Shown piece after piece: positions 1 through 14,500 of a DNA stretch of 64,000 nt. The position numbers and the translations under genes were made by a program. Where the stretch lies: NCBI RefSeq assembly GCF_009914755.1, contig NC_060931.1, one strand, 5' to 3'. The stretch comes from the human T2T-CHM13v2.0 reference genome, Homo sapiens. The notes under the pieces are model-generated. The model saw only the letters and a program-made list of their open reading frames with translations. It did not search any database and was not told the origin of the DNA. How positions within the stretch are numbered: position 1 is the stretch's first letter; each line of letters begins with the position of its first letter.

Positions 1-925
1 TTCTACACGAACAAGGTGTCCAAACTGCTTAAAGAAACGTTTACCTCTGTGAGATGAGTGCACACATAACAGTGCAATTTCTCAGAAACCTTTCTAGTAT
101 TTATGTGAAGATATTTCCTTTTTCACCATAGACATCAAAGAGCTCACAAATATCCCTTTGCAGATTCTAGAAGACAGGGTTTCCAAACTGCTTAATGAAA
201 AGAAAAGTTTCCCTCTGTGACATGAATGCACACATCACAAAGCAGTTTATCAGAAATCTTCTTTGTAGTTTTTATGTGAAGATATTTCCTTTTTCACCAT
301 AGGCCTCAAAGGGCTCACAAATATCCCTTTGCAGATTCTACCATAAGACTGTTTCCAAACTGCACAATCAAAAGAGTGGTTTAACTCTGTGAGATGAATG
401 TACACATCACTAAAAAGTTTCTCAGAAAGCTTCTGTCGTGTTTTTATGTGAAGATATTTCGTTTTTCAACATAGGCCTCATGGCTTTCAAAATATTGCTT
501 GCAGATTCTAGAAGAACAGAGTTTCCAAACTGCTCAATGAAAACAAACGTTTACTTGTGTGAGATGAATGCACACATCACAAAGTAGTGTCTCAGAAATC
601 TTCCTTCTAGTTTTCATGTGAAGAAATTTCCTTTTTCACCATAAGCCTCGACACAATTCCAAATATCTCTTTGCCAATTCTAAAAAATACTCTTTACACA
701 CTACTCAATCAAAGGAATGTTTCAACTGTTTGATATGAATGTACACCTCACAAAGAAGTTTCTCAGAAAGCTTCTGTCTAGTTTTTATTGTTGATATTTC
801 TTTTTTCACCACAAAAATAAAAGCACTCAGAATTATCCCTCTGCAGATTCTAGAATAACAGAGTTTCCAAACTGCTCAATGAAAAGAATTGTTTACCTCT
901 GTGAGATTAATGCACGCATCACTAA

Positions 926-1242
<317 letters not shown>

Positions 1243-2500
1243 TCTTTCTATTTTTTATGTGAAGATATTTCCTTTTTCAACATAGGCCTTAATGCACTCC
1301 CAAATATCATTTTGCAGATTCTACAAAAAGATTTTTCCAAACTGCTCAATCAAAAGAATGGGTCAGCTCTGTGAGATGAATGCACACATCACAAAGTAGT
1401 TTCTCAGAAAGCTTCTGCCTATTTTTTATGTGAAGATATTTCCTTTTTCACCATAGTCCTCAAAGCTCTCACAAATATCCCTTTGCAGTTTCTCCAAGAA
1501 CAGAATTTCCAAACTCCTCAATGAAAGGAAATGTTTAGTTCTGTGAGAGGAACGACCACATCACAAAGCAGTTTCTCAGAAAGCTTCTTTCTAGTTTTCA
1601 TGTGAAGATATTTCCTTTTTCTCCATAGGCCTCAAAGGGCTCACAAATATCCCTTTGCAGACTCTACAAAAAGACTGGTTCCAAAGTGCTCAATGAAAAG
1701 AAAGTTTCAACTCTGTTAGATGAATGCACACATCACTAAGCAGTTTCTCAGATAGCTTCTGTCTTCTTTTTATGTGAAGATATTTCCTTTTTCACCATAG
1801 ACCTCAACGTATACCTAATACCCCTTTCCAGATACTACAAAAAGACTGTTTCCAAACTCCTCCACCAAAAGAATGGTTCAACTCGGTGAGAGAAAAGAAC
1901 ACATCAAAAAGTAGTTTCTCAGAATGCTTCTGTCTAGTTTTTATGTGAAGATATTCCCTTTTCCGGCATAGGCCTCAAAGCACTCCAAATATCCACTTGC
2001 AGATTCTTCAAATAGAGTGTTTCAAATCTTCTCAAACAAAAGAATGGTTCAACTCTGTGAGATGAATGCACACATCACAAAGAAGTTTCTCAGAATGCTT
2101 CTGTCTAGGTTTTCTGTGAAGATATTTCCTTTTTCATCATTGGCCCCAAAGCACTCACAAATATCCCTTTACAGATTCATGAAGCACAGAATTTCTAAGT
2201 TGCTCAATGGAAAGAAACGTTTACTTCTGTTAGATGAATGCATACATCAGAAAGCCATTTCTCAGAAAGCTTCTTTCTAGTTTTTATGTGAATATATTTC
2301 CTTTTTCACCATAGATATCAAATTTCTCCCAAATATGTCTTTGTAGATACTACAAAAAGACTGTTTCCATACTGCTCAATGAAAAGAATGGAAAAACTCT
2401 GTGAGATGAATGCACACCTCACAAAGCAATTTCTCAGAAACCTTCTGTCTAGTTCGTTTCTGAAGATATTACATTTTGACCATAGGACTCAATGTGCTCC

Positions 2501-5500
2501 TAAAAAAACATTGTTTCTGAACTGTTCCATCAAAAGAAGGATTTAATTCTGTGAGATGAGTCACACATCAGAAATCAGTTTCTCATAACGCTTCTTTCCG
2601 GTTTTTATTTGAAGATATTTCATTTTCACCGTATGTTATTTTGTGCTACCAAATTTCGCTTCATTGTTTTTGCAAAAAGAGTTTTCCAAACTACTCTATC
2701 AAAAGAAAGATTAAACTCTGTAAGATGAATGCATGCATCACAGAGCTGTTTCTCAAAAACCACTTTCTAGTTTTTATCTGAAGATATTTCCTTTAACACC
2801 ATAGGCATCAGTGCACTCCCAAATATCCCTTTGAAGATGCCACCAGAAACACTGTCTCCAAACCACTCAATCAAAAGAAACGTTAAAAACTGTGAGAAGA
2901 AATCACACATCACAAAGTGGCTTCTCAGAATTCCTCTTTCTCTTTTTTATCTGAAGTAATTTCCTTTTCCCCATAGGCCTCAAGTGCTCCTAAATATCCC
3001 TTCCCAGATTCTACAAAAACAGTGTTTCCAAAGTGATCCATCGAAGGAAAGGTTTAACTCTGTGAGATGAATGCACACATCAAAACCCAGTTTCTCAAAA
3101 TGTTTCTTTTGAGTATTTTTCTGAAGATAATTCCTTTTTAACCATAGGCTTCATTGAGCTCCAAAATACCCCTTCGCAGATTTGACAAACACAGTGTTTA
3201 CAAACTTTTCGATCAAAAGAAAGACTTAACTCGGTTAGGAGAATGCAGACATCAGAAAGCAGTTTCTCGTAATGCTTCTTTCTAGTTTTTATCTGAAGAC
3301 ATTTCCTTATTCACTATAGGCTTTTTCACTAAAAATATCACTTCACAGATTTTGGAAAAACAATGTTTCCAAACTCCTCAGTTTAACTCTGTGAGATGAA
3401 TGCACACATCACAAACCAGATTATCAAAAAGCTTCTTTCTAGTTTTTCTCTGAAAATATTTCCTATATCACCATAGGTTTCAATGTGAGCCCAAATATCC
3501 CTTTGCAGATTCTAAAAAAACAGTGCTTCCAAACTGCTCAATCAGAAGAAACGTTGAACTATGTGAGAAGAATGCACTTATCATAAAGCGGTTTCTCAGA
3601 AAGCTTCTTTCTAGTTTTTATCTGAAGTTATTTCCTTCTTTCCCATAGGCCTCAGGGGCTCCCAAATATCCCTTGGTACATTCTACATAAACAGTGTTTT
3701 CAAACTGATCAATCAAAAGAGAGGCTTAACTCCTTGAGATGAATGCACACATCACAAAGCAGTTTCTCAAAAATATTCTTTCTAGTTTTTAATCCGAAGA
3801 TATTTCCTTTTTCAGCATAGGCTTAAATGAGATCGCAATTATCCCTTGCAGAACCTACAAAAATGGTGTTTCCAAACTGCTCGATCAAAAGAAAGGTTTA
3901 ACTCTCTGAGATGAATGCACACAAAACAAAGCAGTATCTCAGAATGCTTCTGTCTAGTTCTTTCTCTTAATATATTTCCTTTTCCATCGTATGCTTAAAT
4001 ACACTTTGAAATATCCCTTCACAGTTTCTATAAAAACAGTTTTTCTGAACTGTTCCATCAACAGAAGGATTTAAGTGTGTGAGATGAATGTACACATCAG
4101 AAATCAGTTTCTCATAATGCTTCTTTCCATTTTTTTATCTGAAGATATTTCTTTGTTCACCATAGGCTTTCTTGTGTTACCTAATATTGCTTCACAGATG
4201 TTGCAAAAACAGTGTTTACAAGCTGCCACATAAAAAGAAAGGTTTAACTCTGTGAGATGAATGCACACATCACAAAGCAGTTTCTCAAAACGCTTCTTTC
4301 CGTTTTGTATAGAATGATATTTTCTTTAACAACGTAGGTTTCAATGGGCTCCAAAGTATCTCATCACAGATTCTACAAAAATAGTTTGCAAATTGCTCAA
4401 TCAAAAAAGAAATTTAACTCTGTGAGTTGAATGCACTCGTCACAAAGAATTTTCTCAAAAACCTCCTTTCTAGTTTTTCATGGAATATATTTCCTTTTTC
4501 ACCATATGCCTCAGTGCACTCCCAAATATACATTTGCAGATTCTACAAAAACAGTGTTTCCAAACTTCTGAATGAAATGAAAGTTTTAACTCTATGAGAT
4601 GAATGCACACCTCCCAGAGCAGATTCTCAGATAGCTTCTGAGTAGTTCTTCTCTGAAGATATTTCTTTTTCCACCCTAGGCCTCAATGTGCTCCCAAATA
4701 TCCCTTTGCAGTTTCTATAAAAGGTGTTCGTGAACAGTTCCTTGAAAAGAAGCATTTAACTATGTGAGATGAATGCACACATCAGAAAGCAGTTTCTCAA
4801 TACATTCTTTCTGGTTTTTATCTGAAGATATTTCCTTGTTCACCACAGGCTGTTTTGCACTAGCAAAAATCACTTCACAGATTTTCCAAAAACAGTGTTT
4901 CCAAACTGCTCAGTCAAAAGAAAGATTTAACTCTGTGAGATGAACGCACACATCACAAAGCAGTTTCTCAGAAAGATTCTGTCTAGTTCTTCTCTGATGA
5001 TATTTCCTTTTACACCATAGGCCTCAATGTGCTTGCAAATATCCCTGTGCAGAGTCTTCAAAAACAGTGTTTCCAAATTTTTCCATCAAAAGAAGAACTT
5101 AACTCTGTGAGATGAATGTACACATCAGAAAGCAGTTTCTCATAATGCTTCTTTCCAGTTTTTATCTGAAGATAGTTCCTTTTCCATCATAGGCTTTTCT
5201 GCACTACATAATATCGCTTCACACGTTTTGCAAAAACAGGGCTTCCAAGCTACTCAGTCAAAAGAAAGATTTCATTCTGTGAGGTGAATGCACACATCAC
5301 AAAGCATTTTCTCAAAAAGCTTCTTTCTAGTTTTTATCTGAAGTTATTTTCTTAATCACCATAGGCTTTAATGCACTCCCAAATATCCCATCACAGGATA
5401 TACAAAAACAGTGTTTCCAAATTACTCAAACAAAAACCAGGTTTATCTGTTTGTTGAATGCACACATCACAAAGCAGTTACTCAAAAAGCTTCTTTCAAG

Positions 5501-8500
5501 TTTTAATCCAAAGGTATTATCTTTTTCAACATAGGCCTCACTGCCCTCCAGAATATCCCTTTGCAGATTCTACAAACACAGTGTTTCCAAACTGATCAAT
5601 CAAAAGAATGGTTTACCTCTTTGACATGAATGCACTCATCACAAGGCAGTTTATCAAATAGCTTCTGTCTAGTTCTTCTGTGAAGATATTTCCTTTTCCA
5701 CCATAGGCCTCAATGTGCTCCCAATTATCCCTTTGCAGATTCTATAAAAACAGTGCTTCTGAACTGTTCCATCAAAAGAAGGACTTAAATCTGTGGGATG
5801 AATGCACAAATTAGAAAACAGTTTCTCATAACGCTTCTTTCCAGTTTTATCTGAAGACATTTCCTTGTTCACCCTAGGCATTTTTGCGCTACGTAGCATT
5901 GCTTCACAGATTACACAAAAACAGTTTTTTCCAAAGTGTTCAGTGAAAAGAAAAGTTTAGCTCTGTGAGATGAGTTCATACATTACAAAGCACTTTTTCA
6001 AAAAGTTTCTTTTAACTTTTTATCCAAAGATATTTCCCTTTTCACAATAGGCCTCAATGGGCTCCACAGTATCCTTCACAGATCCTGTAAAAAAAAAGTA
6101 TTTCCAAACTGCTCAATCAAAAGCAATGTTTAACTCTGTGAGATGAATGCACACATCACAAAGCAGTTTCTGAAAAAGCTTCTTTCTAGTTTTTATCTGA
6201 AGTTATTTCCTTTATCACCATAGCTTAAACACATTCCCAAATATCCCATCACCAATTCTACAAAAAGTGTTTCCAAACTCCTCAATCAAAGCATAGGTTT
6301 AACTCTGTGAGCTGGATGCACACCTCACAAAGCAATGTCTCAAAAAGCGTTTTTCTTGTTTCTACAAGAAGATATTTCCTTTTTCACCATAGGACTCAGT
6401 GCGCTGTAAAATATACTTTTGCAGACTCTACAAAAACAGTGTTTCCAAACTGCTCAATCAATGGAAAAATTTAACTCTGTGAAATGGGTGCACACATCAA
6501 AGCAGTTTCCCAAATAGCTTCTATCTAGTTCTTCTCTGAAGATATTTCCTTTTCCACAATAGGCCTCAATGGGCTCCCAAACATCCCTTCGCAGATTCCA
6601 TAACAACAGTGTTTCTGAACTGTTCCATCAAAAGAAGGAATTAAATCTGTGAGATTAATGCACTCATGAGAAAGCAGTTTCTCAGAATGCTTCTTTTCTC
6701 TTTTCATCTGAAGATATTTCCTTGTTCACCATACTCCTTTTTGTGCTACCTAACATTGCTTCGCAGACTATACAAAAATAGTTTTTCCAAACTGCTCTAT
6801 CAAAAAACAGGTTTAACTCTGTGAGTTGTACTCACATATCACACAGCAGTTTCTCAAAAAACTTATTTCTTTTTTTATCTGAATATATTTCCTTTTTCAC
6901 CATAGGCCTCATTGCACTCCCAAGTATACCTATGCAGATTCTACAAAAACAGTGTTTCCAAATTGCTGAATCAAAAGAAAGGTTTAACTCTGTGCGATGA
7001 GTGCACACATCCCAAAGCATTTTCTCAGATAGCTTCTGACTAGTTCTTCTCTGGAGATACTTCCTTTTCACTGTAGGCCTCAATGTGCTCCCAAATATCC
7101 CTTCCCAGATTCAGTAAAAAAAGTGTTTCTGAGCTGTTAAATCAAAAGAAGGATTTACGTCTAGATGAATGCAAACATCAGAAAGAAGTTTCTCGTAACA
7201 CTTCTTTCCAGTTTTTATCTGAAGATATTTGTTTTCCACCATAGGCTTTTTGTACTACCTAACATCACTTTGCAGAATATACAAAAACAGTGTTTCCAAA
7301 CTGCTCAGTCAACAGAAAAGTTTAACTCACTGAGATGAATGCACACATCACAAAGCTGTTTATCTAAAAGCTATTTTCTAGTTTTTATCGGAAGATATTT
7401 CCTTTTTCACCATAGGCATCAGTGTACTCACAAATATCCCTTTGCAGATTGTACAAAAACAGTGTTTCCAAACTGCTCAATCAAAAGAAACGTTTAACTC
7501 TGTGAGAAGAATGCACACATCACAAAGTTGTTTATCAGAAAGATTCTTTCTATTTTTATCTGAAGTTATTTCCTTTTTCACCATAGGACTCATGCCCTAC
7601 AAATTATCCCTCACAGATTCTAAAATAACAGTATTTCCTAACTGATCAACCAAAAGAAAGGTTTAGCTCTGTGATATGAATGCACACATCACAAGACACT
7701 TTCTCAGATAGCTTCTGTCTCGTTCCCCTCTGAAGATATTTCCTTTGTCACATTAGGCCTGAAGGTGATCCCAAATATCCCTCCGCAGAATGTGTAAAAT
7801 CATTGTTTCTGAACTGTTCCATCAAAAGAAGGATTTAATGCTGTGAGATAAATGCACACATCAGAAAGCAGTTTCTCATAAAGGTTTTTCCAGTTTTTAT
7901 ATGAAGACATTTCCTTGTTCACCATAGGCCTCTTTTGTGCTACCTAACATCGCTTTGCAGATTTTACAACAAGAGTGTTTCCAAACTGCTCAATCAATAG
8001 AAAGGGTTAATTCTTTGAGATGAATGCAAACATCACAACGCAGTTTCTCATAAAGGTTTCACCTTGTTCTTCTATGAAGATGTTTCCTGGCCTCAATATG
8101 CTCCCTAATATCCCTTCTCAGATTATACAAAAACAGTGTTTTGAAACAGCTCCATCAAAAGAAGGACTTCACTCAATGAGATGAACGCATACATCAGAAA
8201 GCAGCTTCTCATAAAGCTTCCTTCCAGTATTTATCTGAAGATATTTCCTTGTTCACAATAGGCTTTTTTGTGCAACCTAGTATTGCTTTGTATATTTCAC
8301 AGAAACAGTGTTTCCAAACTGCTCATTCAAATCAAAGGTTTAACTCTGTGAAATGAATGCACACATCACAAAGCAATTCCTCAATATCTTCTTTCTAGTT
8401 TTTATCCAAAGATATTTCCTTTTTCACCACAGGCTTCAATGGGCTCCCAAATATCCCATCAGAGATTCTACAAAAGTACTGTTTCTAAACTGCTCAATCA

Positions 8501-11500
8501 AAAACAGGTTTAACACTGTCAGTTGAATGCACATATCACAAAACAGTTTCACAAATGTTTCTTTCTAGTTTTTATCTGAAGATATTTTCTTTTTCTTCAT
8601 AGGCCTCAGTGAGCTCCCAAATACACATCTGCAGATTCTACAAAATCAGGGTTTCCAACTGCTCAATCAAAAGAAGGACTCAACTCTGTGAGATGAACGC
8701 ACACATCAGGAAGCAGTTTCTCAAAAACCTTCTCTCTAGTTTTTAACTGAACATATTTCCTTTTAAACCATCGGTCTCTGTGTGCTCCCAAATATACCTT
8801 TGCAGATTCTACAGAAACAGTGATTCCAAACGCTTCAATCAAAAGAAAGTTTTAACTCTGGGTGATGAATGCATGCATCACAAAGCAGTTTCTCATATAG
8901 CTTCTGTCAAGTTTTTCTCTGAAGATATTTCCTTTTCCACCATAAACTTCAATGCCCTCAGAAATATCCCTATACAAATTCTATAAAAACAGTGTTTCCA
9001 AACTGTTTCATCTAAAGAAGGATTTAACTCAATGAGATGAATGTACACATCAGAAAGCAGTTTCTCATAATGTTTCATTCCAGTTTTTATCTGAAGATAT
9101 TTCCTTGTTCATCATAGGCCTTTTTGCACTACAGAACATCGCTTTGCAGATTATACAAAAACAGTGTTTCCAAACTGCTCAGTCAGAAGAAAAATTTAAC
9201 TCTGTGAGATGAATGCACACATCACAAAGCAGTATCTGAAAAAGTTTCTTTCTAGTTTTTATCTGAAGATGTTTCCTTTTTCCCCATAGGCTTAGTGTGC
9301 TTGCTAATATCCCTTTGCAGATTCTACAAAAATAGTGTTTCCAAACTGTTCCATCAAAAACAGTGCTTCAAAAAAACACTACAAAAACTGCTTCCAAACT
9401 GTTTCCAAACCGTTCAATCAAAAGAAACGTTTAACTCTGTGAGAGGAATGCACACATAACAAAATGGTTTCTCAGAAAGCTTCTTTGTGGTTTTTATCTG
9501 AAGTTATTTCCCTTTTCACAAGAGACCTCGTGTGCTCCAAAATATCCCTTGCAGGTCCTTCAAAAACCGTATTTCCAAACTGATCAATCAAAAGAAAGCT
9601 TTAACTCTGTCACACGAATGTACGCATCACAAAGCGGTTTCTCAGGAAGCTTCTGTCTAGTTCTTCTCTGAAGATATTTCCATTTCCAAGATAGACCTCA
9701 GTGCGTGCCCAAATATCCCATTGCAGATTCTACAAAAACTGTGTTTCCAAACTGTTCCATCAAAAGAAGGACTTAACTCAGTGAGATGAATGCCCATATC
9801 AGAAAGCAGTTTCTCATAACACTTCTTTGCTGTTTTTATCCGAAGTTATTTCCTTTTTCACCATAGGCTTCAATGAGCTCCCAAATATCCCTTCACAGAC
9901 TCTACAAAAACAGTGTTTCCAAACTCCTCAAACACAAAAAAGATGTAACTCTGTGAGATGAATATACTTATCCCAAAGCAGTTTCTCAGAAAGCTTCTTT
10001 CTAGTTTTTCTCTGAAGATATTTCCTTTTCCACCACAGGATTCAATGCACGCCCAAATATCCCTTTGCAGTTTCTACAAAAACAGTGTTTCCAAACTATT
10101 TTATCAAAAGAATGATTTAACTCTGTGAGATGAACGCATATATTTGAGAGCCATTTCTCATAATGCTTCTGTCCAGTTTTTATGTGAAGATATTTCCTTT
10201 TTCACCATTGGCTTTTTTGTGCAACCAAATGTCACTTCGCAGATTTAGCAAAAACATTGTTTCCAAACTACTCACTCATAAGAAAGGTTTAATTTTGTGA
10301 GATGAATGCACACATTACAAGGCAGTTTCTCAAAAAGCTTCTGTCTAGTTTGTGTCTGAAGATATTTTCTTTATCACAATAGGCTTCAATGCACTCCCAA
10401 ATATCCCTTTGCAGATTCTATGAAAACAGTGTTTACAAAGTGCTCAATTAAAAAAAGAGGTTTAACACTGTGAGTTAAATGCACACTTCACCAAGTAGTT
10501 TCTCAAAAAGTTGCATTCTGTTTTTAGCCAAAGATGTTTCCTTTTTCACAATAGGCAACAGTGCTCTCTTAAATATACCTTTGCAGTTTTTAAAAACACT
10601 GTGTTTCCAAACTGCTCAATCAATAGAAAGGTTTAACTCTGTTAGGTGAAAGCACATATCACAAAGCAGTTTCTCAGAAAGCTTCTGTCTAGTTATTCTC
10701 TGAAGATATTTCCTTTTCCATGTCAGGATTCAATGCGCTCCTAAATGTCCCTTCTCAGATTCTACAAAAACAGTGTTTCCAAACTGCTCAATCAAAAGAA
10801 AGGTTTAACTCTGTGAGATGAATGCACCCATCACAAAGCACTTTCCCAGGAAGTTTCTGTCTAGTTCTTCTCAGGATATTTCCTTTTAAAGCATAGGCCT
10901 CAATACACTCCCTAATATCCCTTTGGAGATTCTACAAAGACAGTGTTTTGAAACTATTCCATCAAAAGAAGGTATTAACTCGGTGAGATGAATGCACACA
11001 TCAGAGAGTAGTTCCTCATAATGCTTTTCTCCAGTTTTTATCTGAAGATATTTTCTTTTTCACCATAGGATTTATTGTGCTATCTAATATTGCAGATTTC
11101 ACAAAAACAGCGTTTCCAAAACTTCTCAGTCAACAGAAAGGCTTAACTCTGGGAAATGAATGCACACATCAGAAAGCAGTCTCTCAAAAAGCTTCTTTGT
11201 AGTTTTTATGCAAAGGTATTCCCTTTATCACAATAGGCTTCAATGTGCTTCCAAATATCCTATTGCATATTCTACAAAAACAGTGTTTCCAAACTGCTGA
11301 ATCAAAAAACAGGTTTACCTCTGTGAGATGAATGCACACATCACAAAGCAGTTTCTGAGAATGCTTCTATCTAATTCTTCTCTGAAGATATTTAATTTTC
11401 CCCCATAGGCCTCAATGAGCTCCCAAATATCCCTTCACACATTCTAAATAACAGTGATTCCAAACTGTTACATGAAAAGAAGGACTTAACACTGTGAGAT

Positions 11501-14500
11501 TATTGCACACGTCAGAAATCAGTTTCTCACAATGCTTCTTTCCAATTTTTATCTGATGATATTTCCTTTTTCACCATAGCCTTTTTCGCACTATCTATTA
11601 TCGCTTCTCAGATATTGCAAAAACAGAGATTCCAATCTGCTCAGTCAAAAGAAAGGTTTACCTCTGTAAGGTGAATGCACACATCACAAAGCAGTTTCTC
11701 AAACATCTCTTTTCTAGTTTTTATCTGAAGATATTTTGCTTATCACTACAGGCTTCAATGCACTCCAAAATACCCATTACAGATTCTACTAAAACAGTGT
11801 TTCCAAAATGCTAAACCAAAAAACAGGCTTAACTCTGTGAGTTGAATGCACACATCACAAAGCAATTTCACAAAAAGCTTTTTCCTGGATTTTATCCAAA
11901 GATATTTCCTTTTTCAACATAGGCCTTGGTGCACTCCCAAATATACCTTTGCAGAATCTACAAAACCAGTGTTTCCAAACTGCTCAAAGAAGAATTTAAC
12001 TCCGTGAGATGAAGGCACACATCCCTAAGCAGCTTCTAGTAACGTGTCTTTCCAGTTTTTATCTGAAGATATTTCCTTTTTCAGCATAGGCCTCAGTGCA
12101 CTCCCAAATATAGCTTTGCAGAATCTACAACACCAGTGTTTCCAAACTGCTCAAAAAAAAGAAGAATTTAACTCTGTGAGATGAAGGCACACATCCCTAA
12201 GCAGTTTCTAGTAACATGTCTTTCCAGTTTTTATCTGAAGATATTTCCTTGTTCACCATAGGCCTTTTTGCACTACCTAACATCCCTTCACAGATTATAA
12301 AAAGTGTTTACAAACTGCTGTGTGAAAGAAAAGTTTAACTCTGTGAGATGACCGTACACATCAAAAAGCAGTTTCTCAAAAAGCTTCTTTCTAATTTTTA
12401 TCCAAAGTTATTTAGTTTTTCACAGCAGGCATCAGTGCTCTACAAAATATCCCTTTGCATATTCTACAAAAACAGTAATTTCAAACTGTTCAATCAAAAG
12501 AAACTTTTAAATCTGTGAGAAGAATGCACACATCACAAAACATTTTCTCAGAAATGTCCTTTCTAGTTTTCATCTGAAGTTATATCCTTTTTCACCATGG
12601 GCCTTGTGCATTCCCAAGTATCCAATCACAGATTCTACAAAAACAGTGTTTCCTAACTGACCAATCAAAAGAAAATTTTAACTCTTTTACATGAATGCAC
12701 ACATCACAAAGCAGTTTCTCAGAAAGTTTCTATTTCTTCTCTGAAGATATTTCCATTTCCACCATACAACTCAATGTGCTCCAAAATATCTTTTCACAGA
12801 TTCTACAAAAAAAAAGTGTTTCCAAACTATTCCATCAAAAGGACTAAAATCTGTGAGATGAAGGCACACATCAGAAAGCAGTTTCTCATAACGCTTCTTT
12901 CCTGTTTTTATCTGAAGTTATTTACTATTTTACCATAGGCCTCATGTGCTCCCAAATATCCCCTCACAGATTCGACAAGAACAGTGTTTCCAAACTGCTC
13001 AATCAAAAGGAAGGTTTAACTCTCTGAGATGAGGGTACACGTCACATAGCATTTTCTCAGGTAACTTCTGTCTTGTTCTTCCCTGAAGATATTTCCTTTT
13101 CCACCACAAGCCTCAATGCACTCCCAAATATCCCTTTGCAGCTTCTATAAAAACAGTGTTTCTGAACTGTTCCATGAAAGGAAGCATTGAACTCTGAGAG
13201 ATGAATTCACACATCAGAAAGCAGTTTTTCATAATGCTTCTTTTCAGTTTGTATCTGAAGATATTTCCTGGTTCACCATAGGACTTTTTGCACTACATAA
13301 CATCGCTTTGCAGATTATAGAAAAACAGTGTTTCCAAACAACTCAGTCAAAAGACAGATTTAACTCTGTGAGATGAATGCATGCATCACAAAGCAGCTTC
13401 TGAAAAAGATTATTTTTAGTTTTTGTTAGAAGATATTTCCTTTTTCACCATAGGCTTCAATGCACTCCCAAATATCTTTTTGTATATTGTACAAAAACAG
13501 TGTTTCCAAACAGCTTAATCAAAATAAATGTTTACCTCTGTGAGAAGAATGCAAACATCACAAACAGGTTCCTCAGAATGCTTCTTTCTAGTTTTTATCT
13601 GAACTTATTTCCTTTTTCACCATAGGCCTCATGCACTACAAAATATACCTTCTCAGATTCTACAAAAACAGACTTTCCAAACAGATAAATCAAAAGAAGG
13701 TTTGACTCTGTGAGATGAATGCACACATCACAAAGCAGTTTCTCAAAAAGCTTTTTTCTAGTTTTTATCCAAAAATGTTTCCTTTTTAACCATAGGCTTC
13801 TATGTGCTCCCAATTATCCATTCACAGATTGTACAAAAACAGTGTTTCCAAAATGCCCCATCAAAAGAAATGTTTGACTCTCTCAGATGAATGCACACAT
13901 CACAAGGCAGTTTCTCAGAAAGCGTCTGTCCAGTTCTTCTCTGAAGATATTTCATTTTCCACCATAGGCCTCTCTGTGTTCCCAAATATGCCTTCACAGA
14001 TTCTACAAAAACAGTGTTTCCAATCAGTTCCAACAAAAGGAAAGTTTAACTCTGTGAGTTGAATTCACAAATCACCAGGCAGTTTCTCAGATAGCTTATG
14101 TCTAGTTCTTCTCTGAAAATATTTCCTTTTCCACCATAGACCTCAATGTGCTCCCAAATATCCCTATGCGGATTCTATAAAAACAGCATTTCTAAACTGT
14201 TCCATCTAAGGAAGGACTTAACTCTGTGAGATGAAAGCAGTTTCTCATAAGGCTTCTTTCCAGTTTTTATCTGAAGATATTTTCTTCTTAACCATAGGCT
14301 TCTTTGCACTATATATTATCGTGTTGCAGATTTTGCAAAAACACTGTTTCCAAACCACTCAGTCAAAGGAAAGTTTAACTTTGTGAGATCAATGCACACG
14401 TTACAAAGCAGTTCCTCAAAAAGCCTCTTTCTAATTTTTATCTGAAGCTATTTCCTTTTTCACAATAGGATTCAATGCACTCCCAAATATTTCTTTGCAG

